The notes beneath the pieces are model-generated. The model worked only from the letters and a program-made list of their open reading frames with translations. It was not told the origin of the DNA and made no database searches. A stretch of DNA of 64,000 bases from assembly GCA_963704885.1 (NCBI GenBank), contig CAVPIB010000004.1, positions 960,001 through 1,024,000 on the forward strand. Reading direction: 5' to 3'. Below are positions 36,942 through 46,079 of the stretch, piece by piece. The stretch comes from an uncultured Actinomycetes bacterium. Its GTDB lineage: Bacteria > Actinomycetota > UBA4738 > HRBIN12. Made by a program: the position numbers and the translations under genes. The first letter of the stretch is position 1. Each line of letters starts with the position of its first letter.

Positions 36942-38897
36942 TCACCAGGGAACCCGGACCACGCGAACCGGCTCGGCCAGCCCTTTAAGGTTGACCTCCC
37001 GCGGCTCATCGCTCGTCACGTCCAAGCCGTCGAGCGTTCCCTCGCTCGCGAGGATCACGCCGCCGTCTGCCATCGATCCGATCCGCGCCGCCGCGTGAAC
37101 ACCCAAACCGCTGAAGCCGGTCCCGGCTCGCGTCGCCTCCGTGGCATGCAGGCCGATGCGCACCTGTGGCGCGAAGCCGTGCCCCTTCCGATGTTCCGCG
37201 AGCATGCGCTGGATCTCTATGGCACACGCGACGGCCGCAGGAGCGCTTTCGAATGCCACGAAGAACCCATCGCCCGCGTGGTCGACCTCTTCACCCGCAT
37301 GTTCGGCGAAGCAGGTCCGCAGAGCATCGTCGTGCCAGCGCCGCAGGTCCTGCCACGCTTGGTCACCGATCGCTTCCACCAATGCCGTGGAGCCCACGAT
37401 GTCGGTGAACATGAACGTGCGGCTCTCACGCGTGGACGTGTCGGTCGGGACCATGCGTTCGAGCGTCTCGGCAGCTCGCCGGGCGTCCGGCACGGCCCCC
37501 AGCCGCTCGAAGGTCGCTAGCGCGCTCTGCAGCTCCGAGATCGCGGCGTCCCGGTCGCCGTCCGCGAGGTAGGCCTCCGCGAGGGATGTGGAGGCCAGCC
37601 CGGTCTCGAACGGTGCATCGATCTGACGCCAATGTTGCGCGGCCCGCCGCAGCTCGCGAACCGCGTCCTCAGCAGCCCCGCCCATGAGGTAGACGATGCC
37701 TCCGGTCTCCTCTGCGCTGGCCTGCAGAGCCGTGGTCCCGTACTCCTTCGCGATCGCGGCGAGCTCTTCCGCGGCGGCTCGCGCCACCTCGACCTGGCCG
37801 AGCGCGCGAGCGACCCGAACCTGCGCCGGCAGCAAGCGCGCCCGAGCCAGCCGTTCCCACGTGAGCTCATCGAGGCTCCGCCGGATGGACGCGGCGGCCG
37901 CATCGGTCTTCCCCTCGGCCAGCAGGAGCATCGTCATCCCGGGCTGAGGGTCCTCGCCCAACTCGTGCGCCCGACGGAACGCCTCGCCGGCCCCTTCGAG
38001 ATCTCCCATCCGCAACCGCACCTCTCCCAGCTCGTGGAAGGCGGCGCCGGCGTGCACGGGACTGAACTCGGAGAGCTCGTCGCAGGCTCGGCGAACCTCG
38101 GCCTCGGCCTCGGCCCACGATCCGACCAGGCGCATGACCTCCGCCCGGTGCACGCGGCAGACGCCCGGGAAGCCGGTGATCGCCTGACGCTCACACCATC
38201 GCTTCGCGGCGTCGGCCCACTCCGTGGCGCGTCCATAGTCGGCAAGATCCCGGCACGTGCTGATCACGTTGCAGAACACCGCCCCGGTCGTGTAGGCCCC
38301 GAGCTCACCGCCGACAGCCGCGGCGCTCACCTCTTCCATGTGGAGCCAGCCTTCCTCGACCTCTCCCTTGTCGACGAGCGTCATGCCCCTTCGCATCGAG
38401 GTCCACGCTCGCAGGTCGCGGTCGCTCGACCGGCCCGCGATCTCGACCGCGCGATCGAAATGTGAGAGGGCGTGGTCCAGCTCGCCCTTGCCGCCGGCGA
38501 GCTCACCGTGGGCTAGCGCGAGGTACCCGTGCGCAGTCGATTCCGGCTCATCTTCGAGGAGCGTCTCCGCGCGGTTCAGCCACCCGCTCGCCACCGATGC
38601 GGCGAGCTTGGCCGAGTACTCCCGACGAAGCGTCAGCGCCACGAACGCCGCAGGAGCGCGATCGCCTCGTTCGACGAGCGCGGCGTAGGCTCGCTCACGC
38701 GCCGAGATCGACCCGTTCTGATGACCCGTCCACCATGCCGCCTTGGCCAGGCCGATGAGGTCCTCGGGCGGGAGCGAACCCGCTACATCCAGCGCCGAGA
38801 GCAGCTCGTACGCCTCGGGCCAGGCGAGACGACGCACGGCGTCGCGCCCGCGTTCGAGGCCATCGTTGAAGTCGGGTGGCTGCATCATGTCGGTCAT
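36942..38897 (-). CDS. TPR-like helical protein with C-terminal class III nucleotidyl cyclase domain
   Basis: Helical repeats, then FMFTDIVGST, AGDGFFVAF, VRIGLH and GVHAAARI. Start at ATG 38897. Confidence 0.85.
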   Translation of the reverse strand: MTDMMQPPDFNDGLERGRDAVRRLAWPEAYELLSALDVAGSLPPEDLIGLAKAAWWTGHQNGSISARERAYAALVERGDRAPAAFVALTLRREYSAKLAASVASGWLNRAETLLEDEPESTAHGYLALAHGELAGGKGELDHALSHFDRAVEIAGRSSDRDLRAWTSMRRGMTLVDKGEVEEGWLHMEEVSAAAVGGELGAYTTGAVFCNVISTCRDLADYGRATEWADAAKRWCERQAITGFPGVCRVHRAEVMRLVGSWAEAEAEVRRACDELSEFSPVHAGAAFHELGEVRLRMGDLEGAGEAFRRAHELGEDPQPGMTMLLLAEGKTDAAAASIRRSLDELTWERLARARLLPAQVRVARALGQVEVARAAAEELAAIAKEYGTTALQASAEETGGIVYLMGGAAEDAVRELRRAAQHWRQIDAPFETGLASTSLAEAYLADGDRDAAISELQSALATFERLGAVPDARRAAETLERMVPTDTSTRESRTFMFTDIVGSTALVEAIGDQAWQDLRRWHDDALRTCFAEHAGEEVDHAGDGFFVAFESAPAAVACAIEIQRMLAEHRKGHGFAPQVRIGLHATEATRAGTGFSGLGVHAAARIGSMADGGVILASEGTLDGLDVTSDEPREVNLKGLAEPVRVVRVPW

Positions 38898-38940
38898 TCT
38901 GCCTCCCGCCCCCGTTCCGGGGGAAGGGTAGGCTCCCGAC

Positions 38941-40098
38941 GTGGACTTCGACCTCTCACCTGAGCAGGAGGCGTTCCGCGGCGTCGTCCGCGCGTTCGCG
39001 GAGGACGTCGTCGCGCCCCAGGCCGCCGAGTCCGACCGCGAGGAGCGGTTCCCGCTCGACGTCGTGAAGCGCATGGGCGAGCTCGGGTTGTTCGGTCTCC
39101 CCTTCCCGGAGGCGTACGGCGGCAGCGACGCCGACGCCATCACCCTGTGCCTGGCGATCGAGGAGCTTGGCCGCGTGGACCAGTCGATCGGCATCACGCT
39201 CTCCGCAGCCGTCGGCCTGGCCGGGGGCTTGATCCACCGGTTCGGAACCGACGAGCAGAAGGAGCGGTGGCTCGCGCCACTCTGTCGCGGCGAGTCGCTC
39301 GGCTCGTTCGCGCTCACCGAGCCGGGAGCGGGGTCCGACGCCGCCGCCACGAGCACCACGGCCCGGGAGGACGACGGAGATTGGACGATCGACGGCACCA
39401 AGGCCTTCATCACGAACAGCGGCACGCCTATCACGGCGTTCCACGTAGTGGTCGCCGCGACCGAGCCCGGCGGCGGCACGCGCGGGCTCTCGACCATCGT
39501 CGTGCCCGCCGACTCGCCCGGCCTCACCGTAGACCCCGCCTATCGCAAGCTGGGCTGGCACGCCAGCGACACGCACGGTCTCACGTTCCAGGACTGCCGC
39601 GTGCCCATGGATCACCTGCTTGGCGAGCGGGGGAAGGGCTTCTCCCAGTGCCTGGAGATCCTGACAGAAGCACGGATCACGGTGGCCGCCCTCGCGGTGG
39701 GACTCGCGCAGGCGTGCATGGAGGCGAGCGTGGCCTACGCGAAGGAGCGCGAGGCGTTCGGGCGGCCAATCGGCGCGTACCAGGCCACCCAGATGAAGAT
39801 CGCCGACATGCGCGCCAAGACCGAGACCGCGCGCTTGGCTACGTACCGGGCGGCATGGCTGAAGGATCAGGGCCGGCCCCACGTGGCCGAGGCGTCGATC
39901 GCGAAGCTCGTCGCCAGCGAGACGGCGGTCGAGTGCGCGCGCGAGGCCGTGCAGATCCACGGCGCGTCCGGATACAGCGAGGACCTCCCGATCGCGCGCT
40001 ACTACCGCGACGCGAAGGTGCTGGAGATCGGCGAGGGCACCAGCGAGATCCACCGGCTGATCCTGGCTCGCGACCTCGGCCTGCCCGACACGTTCTGA
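38941..40098 (+). CDS. Acyl-CoA dehydrogenase
   Basis: FALTEPGAGSD, GTKAFITN, REAFGRPI and YRDAKVLEIGEGTSEI. Confidence 0.95.
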   Translation: MDFDLSPEQEAFRGVVRAFAEDVVAPQAAESDREERFPLDVVKRMGELGLFGLPFPEAYGGSDADAITLCLAIEELGRVDQSIGITLSAAVGLAGGLIHRFGTDEQKERWLAPLCRGESLGSFALTEPGAGSDAAATSTTAREDDGDWTIDGTKAFITNSGTPITAFHVVVAATEPGGGTRGLSTIVVPADSPGLTVDPAYRKLGWHASDTHGLTFQDCRVPMDHLLGERGKGFSQCLEILTEARITVAALAVGLAQACMEASVAYAKEREAFGRPIGAYQATQMKIADMRAKTETARLATYRAAWLKDQGRPHVAEASIAKLVASETAVECAREAVQIHGASGYSEDLPIARYYRDAKVLEIGEGTSEIHRLILARDLGLPDTF

Positions 40099-40652
40099 TG
40101 CCGGCGGGCACATACGCGATCCTCGGTGACGACGGGCAGAAGGTCGGGACCGAGTCGTTCCGTTGCGCTCCGGGGCCCATGGGCTGGAGGTACTTCGCCG
40201 AGATCGAGACCTCCGAGAACGGCCAGCACCATGAGGTCGTAGACATCGTGGTCGATGCCGAATGGCGGATCGTCCGCATGCGTATCGACTCGGGCGAGCA
40301 CCAGCTGCTCCTGGAGCCGTCCGGCGGCGAGCACCTCGACTACCTCACTCCGGCGACGAATCTCATCACGACGAAGCGCCTGACCGGCACGACCGAGCTC
40401 GACGTCGTCTTCATCGAACCGTTCACGCTGGAGCAGGTTCGCGAGCGCCAGCGGTACGAGCTGCGCGGGGAGGAGCTGATCGACACGCCTGTCGGCCGGT
40501 TCGAGGCCGTTAGGTGGACGTACACGTCGCTGGCGAGCGGGTGGTCGAGCGACCTGTGGGTAGCGGACGAAGTCGTCGTCCGCTACGCCCGGATATTCGA
40601 GCTGAACGAGTACGACCCTGGGGCGAGCGGCCCCCGGGTCATTGGTCCCTGA
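40098..40652 (+). CDS. Hypothetical beta-rich protein (putative glycolipid-binding-domain-like)
   Basis: ATG overlaps the acyl-CoA dehydrogenase stop. Motifs TPATNLITTKRL, QRYE and VVVRY; typical codon bias. Confidence 0.65.
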   Translation: MPAGTYAILGDDGQKVGTESFRCAPGPMGWRYFAEIETSENGQHHEVVDIVVDAEWRIVRMRIDSGEHQLLLEPSGGEHLDYLTPATNLITTKRLTGTTELDVVFIEPFTLEQVRERQRYELRGEELIDTPVGRFEAVRWTYTSLASGWSSDLWVADEVVVRYARIFELNEYDPGASGPRVIGP

Positions 40653-40701
40653 GACGCCCTACTCGGTTCTCAGCAGCTCCACGCTGAACCCAGACCGAGC
40701 C

Positions 40702-40840
40702 TGTCAACCGGTTGACACCTCGCGCCTGTCGCAACGCCGCCGGCTGGAAACAGGTTGACGGGCATCGTCGCAGGTCGCACATGTCGACCAGTGGACACCC
40801 ACGGCCCGCCGCACCGCTGGCTCGCGTCAACCGGTTGACA
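40702..40840. repeat. Array of four 16-bp palindromes, consensus TGTCAACCGGTTGACA
   Basis: 40702 TGTCAACCGGTTGACA; 40745 TGGAAACAGGTTGACG; 40782 TGTCGACCAGTGGACA; 40825 CGTCAACCGGTTGACA. Spacers of 27, 21 and 27 bp. Confidence 0.75.
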
Positions 40841-40875
40841 CAACCCGCGCAGCGGCACCAGACGGTCCCCTCTCG

Positions 40876-42207
40876 CTAGCCCTCCAACGCCTCGTCGGCG
40901 ATCAGCAGCGCTCGGTCGATGATCTCGAACCCCTCGCCCAGCTGCTCCTCCGTGATCGGCAGCGGCGGGTTGGTCATCAGGTTCCACCAATGGGTCATGG
41001 TGTAGAGGCCGTTGTCGAGCAGGAACCGAGCCACATCGGCCATGACCGGACTCGTCGTATTGAACGCCGAGATCGGCTCCATGGTCTCGCGGTTCTTCAC
41101 CAGATCCAGGCACCCGAACAACCCGATGTTGCGGACCGCTCCGACTGATGGATGCTTGTCCTTCAGCTCCTGATGGTGGCGGGCCATCACATCGCCCATC
41201 TTGCGGGTGTGCTCGATCAGACCGTCCTCTTCGTACACCGCGATCGTAGCGAGCGCCGCCGCCACGCCGAGCGGATGCGTGTTGTAAGTCAGACCGCCCC
41301 AGAACACGTTCTCCTGGAAATGGGCCGCCACGTGGGGCGCCAGCCCCAGCGCGCCGAGCGGCGCGTACGACGACGTCAAACCCTTGGCGCACGCGATGAT
41401 GTCCGGCACCACATCCCAGTGGTTCACCGCGAACCACTCTCCGGTCCGTCCGAAGCCGCACATGACCTCGTCGCTCACCATCAGGATCCCGTACTCGGTG
41501 CACAGCTCGCGGACACCCTGCAGGTAACCATCGGGCGGGATCAGGATCCCGTTCGTCCCGGTGACCGTCTCGATGAAGAACGCAGCGACGGTCGAGGCTC
41601 CCTCCAGCTGGATCGTTTCCTCCAGCCGCGCAAGCGCCGTCGCGGCGTCGTCCGCCGGCTGATCGGGGCCGTGGTACGGATCCAGCACGTGCACCACCCC
41701 CGACAGCGCCGGTTCGTTCGCCCAGCGTCGTGGGTCGCCCGTCAGCGTCATGGCGCCCGTGGTGGCGCCGTGGTACGAGCGATAGCGCGCCATCACCTTG
41801 TGGCGGCCGGTGACCATCCGCGCGATCTTGATCGCGTTCTCATTCGCCTCGGCTCCGCCCAGGGTGAAGAAGGACTTCTCGATGTCACCCGGGTAGAGCT
41901 CGGCCATCTTCTGACCCAGGAGCGCTCGCCCCTCGTAGGCCATGAACGGCGAGATGTAGGTGAGGCGCTTGGCCTGCTCGTGCATCGCGTCGATCACGCG
42001 GCGATCGCCGTGACCGATGTTCACACCCATCAGCTGGCTGTTGAAGTCGATGTAGCGCTTGCCGTCCACGTCCCAGAAGTAGATCCCCTCGGCCCGGTCC
42101 ACCGCGATGGGCGAGGCCTTCGACTGCGCCTGCCAGTCGTAGAGCGTGTAACGCTTCGAAAGCTCGACGATGCCCTGAGCGTCGAGCTTTCCTGGGTCCT
42201 CGGTCAT
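40876..42207 (-). CDS. Class III PLP aminotransferase (taurine/beta-alanine-pyruvate-like)
   Basis: YIDFNSQL, GGAEANENA, SYHG, DEVMCGFGRTG, CAKGLTS and GLTYNTHP. Confidence 0.92.
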   Translation of the reverse strand: MTEDPGKLDAQGIVELSKRYTLYDWQAQSKASPIAVDRAEGIYFWDVDGKRYIDFNSQLMGVNIGHGDRRVIDAMHEQAKRLTYISPFMAYEGRALLGQKMAELYPGDIEKSFFTLGGAEANENAIKIARMVTGRHKVMARYRSYHGATTGAMTLTGDPRRWANEPALSGVVHVLDPYHGPDQPADDAATALARLEETIQLEGASTVAAFFIETVTGTNGILIPPDGYLQGVRELCTEYGILMVSDEVMCGFGRTGEWFAVNHWDVVPDIIACAKGLTSSYAPLGALGLAPHVAAHFQENVFWGGLTYNTHPLGVAAALATIAVYEEDGLIEHTRKMGDVMARHHQELKDKHPSVGAVRNIGLFGCLDLVKNRETMEPISAFNTTSPVMADVARFLLDNGLYTMTHWWNLMTNPPLPITEEQLGEGFEIIDRALLIADEALEG

Positions 42208-42317
42208 ATGGCTGGTCCCTCCTGACGGTTCACCTACTGATGTTGCCACACGGCGGCTAGCGTCGGAACACGCTCGCGGGCTAGGCTGCCCGGACCGTTC
42301 CGATACAGGGGGAAACT

Positions 42318-43697
42318 ATGAGGCGGTTCTCGACCGGTGCGCTCGCTTTGTTGCTGATGGGGACCGTGGGGCCTGCGACGGCCTCCGCCGGGCCACCGGT
42401 CGACTCGATCGCGCCGTTCATCACGTCTGCTCGGCCGTATCTGATCTCGACCGACCCCGGCACCACGATCACCCCGATCCTGACGAGCGGCGAGGTGATC
42501 GACGGGACCGAGGGCCCCTTCCAGTTCACCGGGGTGCCCGACGGCATCGGCGCGTACGCGAGCGCCGCCGACCGGCTCGAGGTGTTCGTGAACCATGAGA
42601 CCGCCTACGAGTGGGGCGACGCGTCCGACGCACGCGTCTCGCACGTGACCCTCGATCCCGACATGCAAGTGGTGGACGCCACGTACCTGGTCGACGGCAC
42701 CGAGGGTTACCAGTACTTCTGCTCGAGCACCCTCGACTACGTGGGAGACACGCCCTGGTACTTCACCGGCGAGGAGTGGATCGGGGCCCCTAAGGGCGGC
42801 ATCTCGATCGCGGTGAACACCGTGACCGGCCGCATCGTCGAGACCCCGCAGTTCGGGCATCTCAACCATGAGAACGTGGTGCCGATCCAAGGTCTCGCGA
42901 AGTCGATGGTGTACCTCGCAGAGGATTCCTTCCGTCTGGAATCGCAGGCCTACGCCTACTACAGCGCGTCGCTCTGGAAGGCGATCCACGGAGAAGGCAC
43001 GTTCACCGTTTGGGTGCCCGATGACCAGGGTGACGGCAACCCGTCGGCGAACGACATCGCCAAGGGCGAGACGCTCGACGGCCGCTTCGTCTCCATCCCC
43101 AGCGCCGGGTCCTACTCGGGTCTCGAGCTGAACGAGGTCAGCGAGGACCTCGGTTCGTTCGACTTCGTGCGCATCGAGGACGCCGCTCACGACCCCGGCA
43201 ACCCGGGCGTGATCTACCTCTCGGACACCGGGGCCAACAAGGCGGAAACGAAGAACGGTCGCATCTACCGGCTCACGGTCGACCCTGTGCATCCGCGGCG
43301 AGCGAGCCTGGAGGTCGTGCTGGACGGCGATGCGGGCGACGAACTTGTCAACCCCGACAACCTGGGTATCAACGAGACGACGCTCGTGATCCAGGAGGAT
43401 CGCAACAGCGCCAAGTCGGGGTACGCGCGCGTGCGCGTCTACGACCTCGGCTCCGGGACGCTGACCGCCGTCGCTCGGCTCGACCCGTCGCAGCATTCGA
43501 TCGACGCCGCAGGGGGACCCGGTGTGTGGGAATCCAGCGGCGTGGTCGATGTGAGCGACTTCTTCGGAGACGGGTACTGGCTGCTCGACGTTCAGGCGCA
43601 CAAGACATCCGTGCTCCAGCAGGGTCCGACCCTCGAGTTGAACTCGGGGCGTGGACAGAGGGGGCAGCTCCTGTTGATACACATCGAGGGCACGTAG
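42318..43697 (+). CDS. Secreted PhoX/DUF839-like beta-propeller phosphatase
   Basis: Sec signal peptide, PDGIG, FVNHE, FCSS, NHEN, RIED, NPDNL, IQED, WESSG and DVQAH. Confidence 0.75.
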   Translation: MRRFSTGALALLLMGTVGPATASAGPPVDSIAPFITSARPYLISTDPGTTITPILTSGEVIDGTEGPFQFTGVPDGIGAYASAADRLEVFVNHETAYEWGDASDARVSHVTLDPDMQVVDATYLVDGTEGYQYFCSSTLDYVGDTPWYFTGEEWIGAPKGGISIAVNTVTGRIVETPQFGHLNHENVVPIQGLAKSMVYLAEDSFRLESQAYAYYSASLWKAIHGEGTFTVWVPDDQGDGNPSANDIAKGETLDGRFVSIPSAGSYSGLELNEVSEDLGSFDFVRIEDAAHDPGNPGVIYLSDTGANKAETKNGRIYRLTVDPVHPRRASLEVVLDGDAGDELVNPDNLGINETTLVIQEDRNSAKSGYARVRVYDLGSGTLTAVARLDPSQHSIDAAGGPGVWESSGVVDVSDFFGDGYWLLDVQAHKTSVLQQGPTLELNSGRGQRGQLLLIHIEGT

Positions 43698-43706
43698 GTC
43701 CTCGAT

Positions 43707-46079
43707 GTGAGTGAGCTTCAGGAGAGACCCTCCGGCGACCTCGATCCACTAGAGGAGCCACCACCCCGGTTCTCTGCCGCCCTGGCGGAACGGATCGCGT
43801 CGGAGCGCTTCGGCATCCAGGGCGCCGCAGAGCCGCTGGACAGCGAGCGCGACCAGAACGTCCGGATCACGACGGCGGACGGAGAAGGCTACGTCCTCAA
43901 GATCAGCAACCCGGCGGAGGATGCCGGGTTCGTGGACATGCAGACGCAGGCGATGCTCCATATCGCGCGCACCGACCCCGCCCTGCCGGTGATGCGGCTG
44001 ATCCCCTCAGCCGACGATACGCATCACGTCGACGCGGAGGGGACCGATGGACGAAAGCACATCATCCGTCTGGTGACGCTGATGCCCGGCCGCAAGCTGG
44101 AGCCTCGCGATCTGGATCTGGAGGCCATCCACCACTTCGGCCAGATCTCGGCGCGCCTGGGCCGCGCCATGCGCGGCTTCTTCCACCCGGCGGCCGGGCA
44201 CCCGCTGCTTTGGAACATCAAGCACGCCTTGGATCTTCGGCCCCTGGTGGAGAACGTCTCAGAGCCCGCACGAAGGGCGATCGTGAGCGACGTGCTCGAC
44301 CGGTTCGAGGAGCACGTGCAACCTGCGTTCGATGGCCTTCGCGGACAGGTGATCCACAACGACCTGACGTCGGACAACGTGTTGTTCGACGATGACCTGC
44401 GCATCAGCGGCGTCCTGGACTTCGGAGACATGGCGTACTCGGCACTGGTCTGCGATCTGGTCTCAACCGTCGAGGCGTTGATGGGCGAGCGCGACGATCC
44501 CTACGACGCGCTGCGCGCGGCGGTCGCGGGCTTCACCTCGGTGACGCCCTTGGAACCCGACGAGATAGAGCTGTTGCCGGACCTGCTGTTGGCGCGATGG
44601 ACCACGACGGCCGTCATCTCCGCATGGCGCGTCCGCCGCCACCCCGAGAACTCGGATTACATCACCGGATGGGACACGGGGGTGTGGGGCATGCTCGAGG
44701 CGTTCCACGACATCGGAGCCGCCGAGTTCCAACGGCGCGTGAACCAAGCGGTCGTCGACGCGGCGAGATCGTTCTTGCCGGGGACGGGGTCGGTTGAGGA
44801 GCTGATCGAACGACGGCGCCGGGTGCTGGGCTCCGCGATCTCGCCCCTGTCCTACGACCGCCCGCTCCACCTGATCGAAGGGCGCGGCGCATGGGTGACC
44901 GACGCGGAGGGGCGCACCTACCTGGACGCCTACAACAACGTGCCCGTCGTGGGCCACTGCCACCCGCACGTGGTCCAGGCGATCGCCCGGCAGGCCGCGA
45001 CCCTGAACACGAACACGCGCTACCTGCATCGTTCCGCGCTCGATCTGGCCGAACGGCTGATCGCGACCATGCCAGAGGGTCTGGACACGGTCATGTTCGT
45101 GAACTCCGGAAGCGAGGCGAACGACCTGGCGTGGCGCCTTGCGACCACGGTGACCGGCGCCACAGGAGGTCTGGTGACGGGGTTCGCGTACCACGGCGTC
45201 ACATCGGTCATCGCCGATCTTTCGCCCGAGGAGTGGCGGGCCGGCTCAGCCCCGGAGCACGTGGCGACCCTGCCCCCTCCCAACGGATACCGCGGCCTGT
45301 TCCGAGACGACGAGCCCGGGTGGATAGAGAGCTACGCGGCTTGCGTGGACGACGCGATCGCCTCGTTGGACGAGCGCGGGATCCGTCCCGCCGCCATGCT
45401 GATCGACTCCGGCTTCACGAGCGACGGGATCTTCACGCCGCCGCCCGAGTATCTGCTGGACGTCGTACGAAGGTGGCGCGAGGCCGGCGGGTTGTTCGTG
45501 GCCGACGAGGTCCAGGTGGGCTACGGACGGACCGGCTCGAACCTGTGGGGGTTCGAGCGACACGGGGTGACGCCCGACGTGGTCACGCTCGGCAAGCCCA
45601 TGGGCAACGGCCACCCCGTGGCCGCTGTGGTGACACGCTCGGACATCGTGGATCGGTTCGCTGAGGAGACGGAGTGGTTCAGCACGTTCGGCGGCAATCC
45701 CGTGGCGTGCGAAGCGGGCCTGGCCGTATTGGACGTGATCGAGCAGGAGCAGCTGATCGTGAACGCCTCCGAGATGGGCGGGCATCTGATCGCCGGTCTC
45801 CGAGAGCTGGCGGCACGCCACCTGGTGATCGGCGACGTGCGAGCGCTCGGCCTGCTGATCGGAGTGGAGCTGGTCCGCGACCGCGGGTCGCGTGAGCCCG
45901 CTGCCCAGTGGACCGAGCGTGTCCAGAACGACATGCGCGAACGGGGGGTCCTGGTGGGAACGACCGGTCGAGACGGGAACGTGCTCAAGATCCGCCCACC
46001 GCTGGTGATCTCCGAACGCGAGGCAGACCTGATAGTTGGAACGCTGGACGCGGCGCTGTCCGAGCTCAGCCGCTCTTGA
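43707..46079 (+). CDS. Fusion of APH/hydroxylysine-kinase-like phosphotransferase and class III aminotransferase/phospho-lyase
   Basis: SERDQN, YVLKI, IHNDLTSDN and LDFGD (kinase). YLDAYNNVPVVGHCHP, NTNTRYL, VNSGSEAND, ADEVQVGYGRTG and LGKPMGNGHP (AGXT2L/phospho-lyase-like). Confidence 0.9.
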   Translation: MSELQERPSGDLDPLEEPPPRFSAALAERIASERFGIQGAAEPLDSERDQNVRITTADGEGYVLKISNPAEDAGFVDMQTQAMLHIARTDPALPVMRLIPSADDTHHVDAEGTDGRKHIIRLVTLMPGRKLEPRDLDLEAIHHFGQISARLGRAMRGFFHPAAGHPLLWNIKHALDLRPLVENVSEPARRAIVSDVLDRFEEHVQPAFDGLRGQVIHNDLTSDNVLFDDDLRISGVLDFGDMAYSALVCDLVSTVEALMGERDDPYDALRAAVAGFTSVTPLEPDEIELLPDLLLARWTTTAVISAWRVRRHPENSDYITGWDTGVWGMLEAFHDIGAAEFQRRVNQAVVDAARSFLPGTGSVEELIERRRRVLGSAISPLSYDRPLHLIEGRGAWVTDAEGRTYLDAYNNVPVVGHCHPHVVQAIARQAATLNTNTRYLHRSALDLAERLIATMPEGLDTVMFVNSGSEANDLAWRLATTVTGATGGLVTGFAYHGVTSVIADLSPEEWRAGSAPEHVATLPPPNGYRGLFRDDEPGWIESYAACVDDAIASLDERGIRPAAMLIDSGFTSDGIFTPPPEYLLDVVRRWREAGGLFVADEVQVGYGRTGSNLWGFERHGVTPDVVTLGKPMGNGHPVAAVVTRSDIVDRFAEETEWFSTFGGNPVACEAGLAVLDVIEQEQLIVNASEMGGHLIAGLRELAARHLVIGDVRALGLLIGVELVRDRGSREPAAQWTERVQNDMRERGVLVGTTGRDGNVLKIRPPLVISEREADLIVGTLDAALSELSRS

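Noticed and set aside
40702-40840. CRISPR array
   Set aside because: The repeats are only 16 bp and degenerate, the spacers are 21-27 bp, and no cas genes or leader are present.
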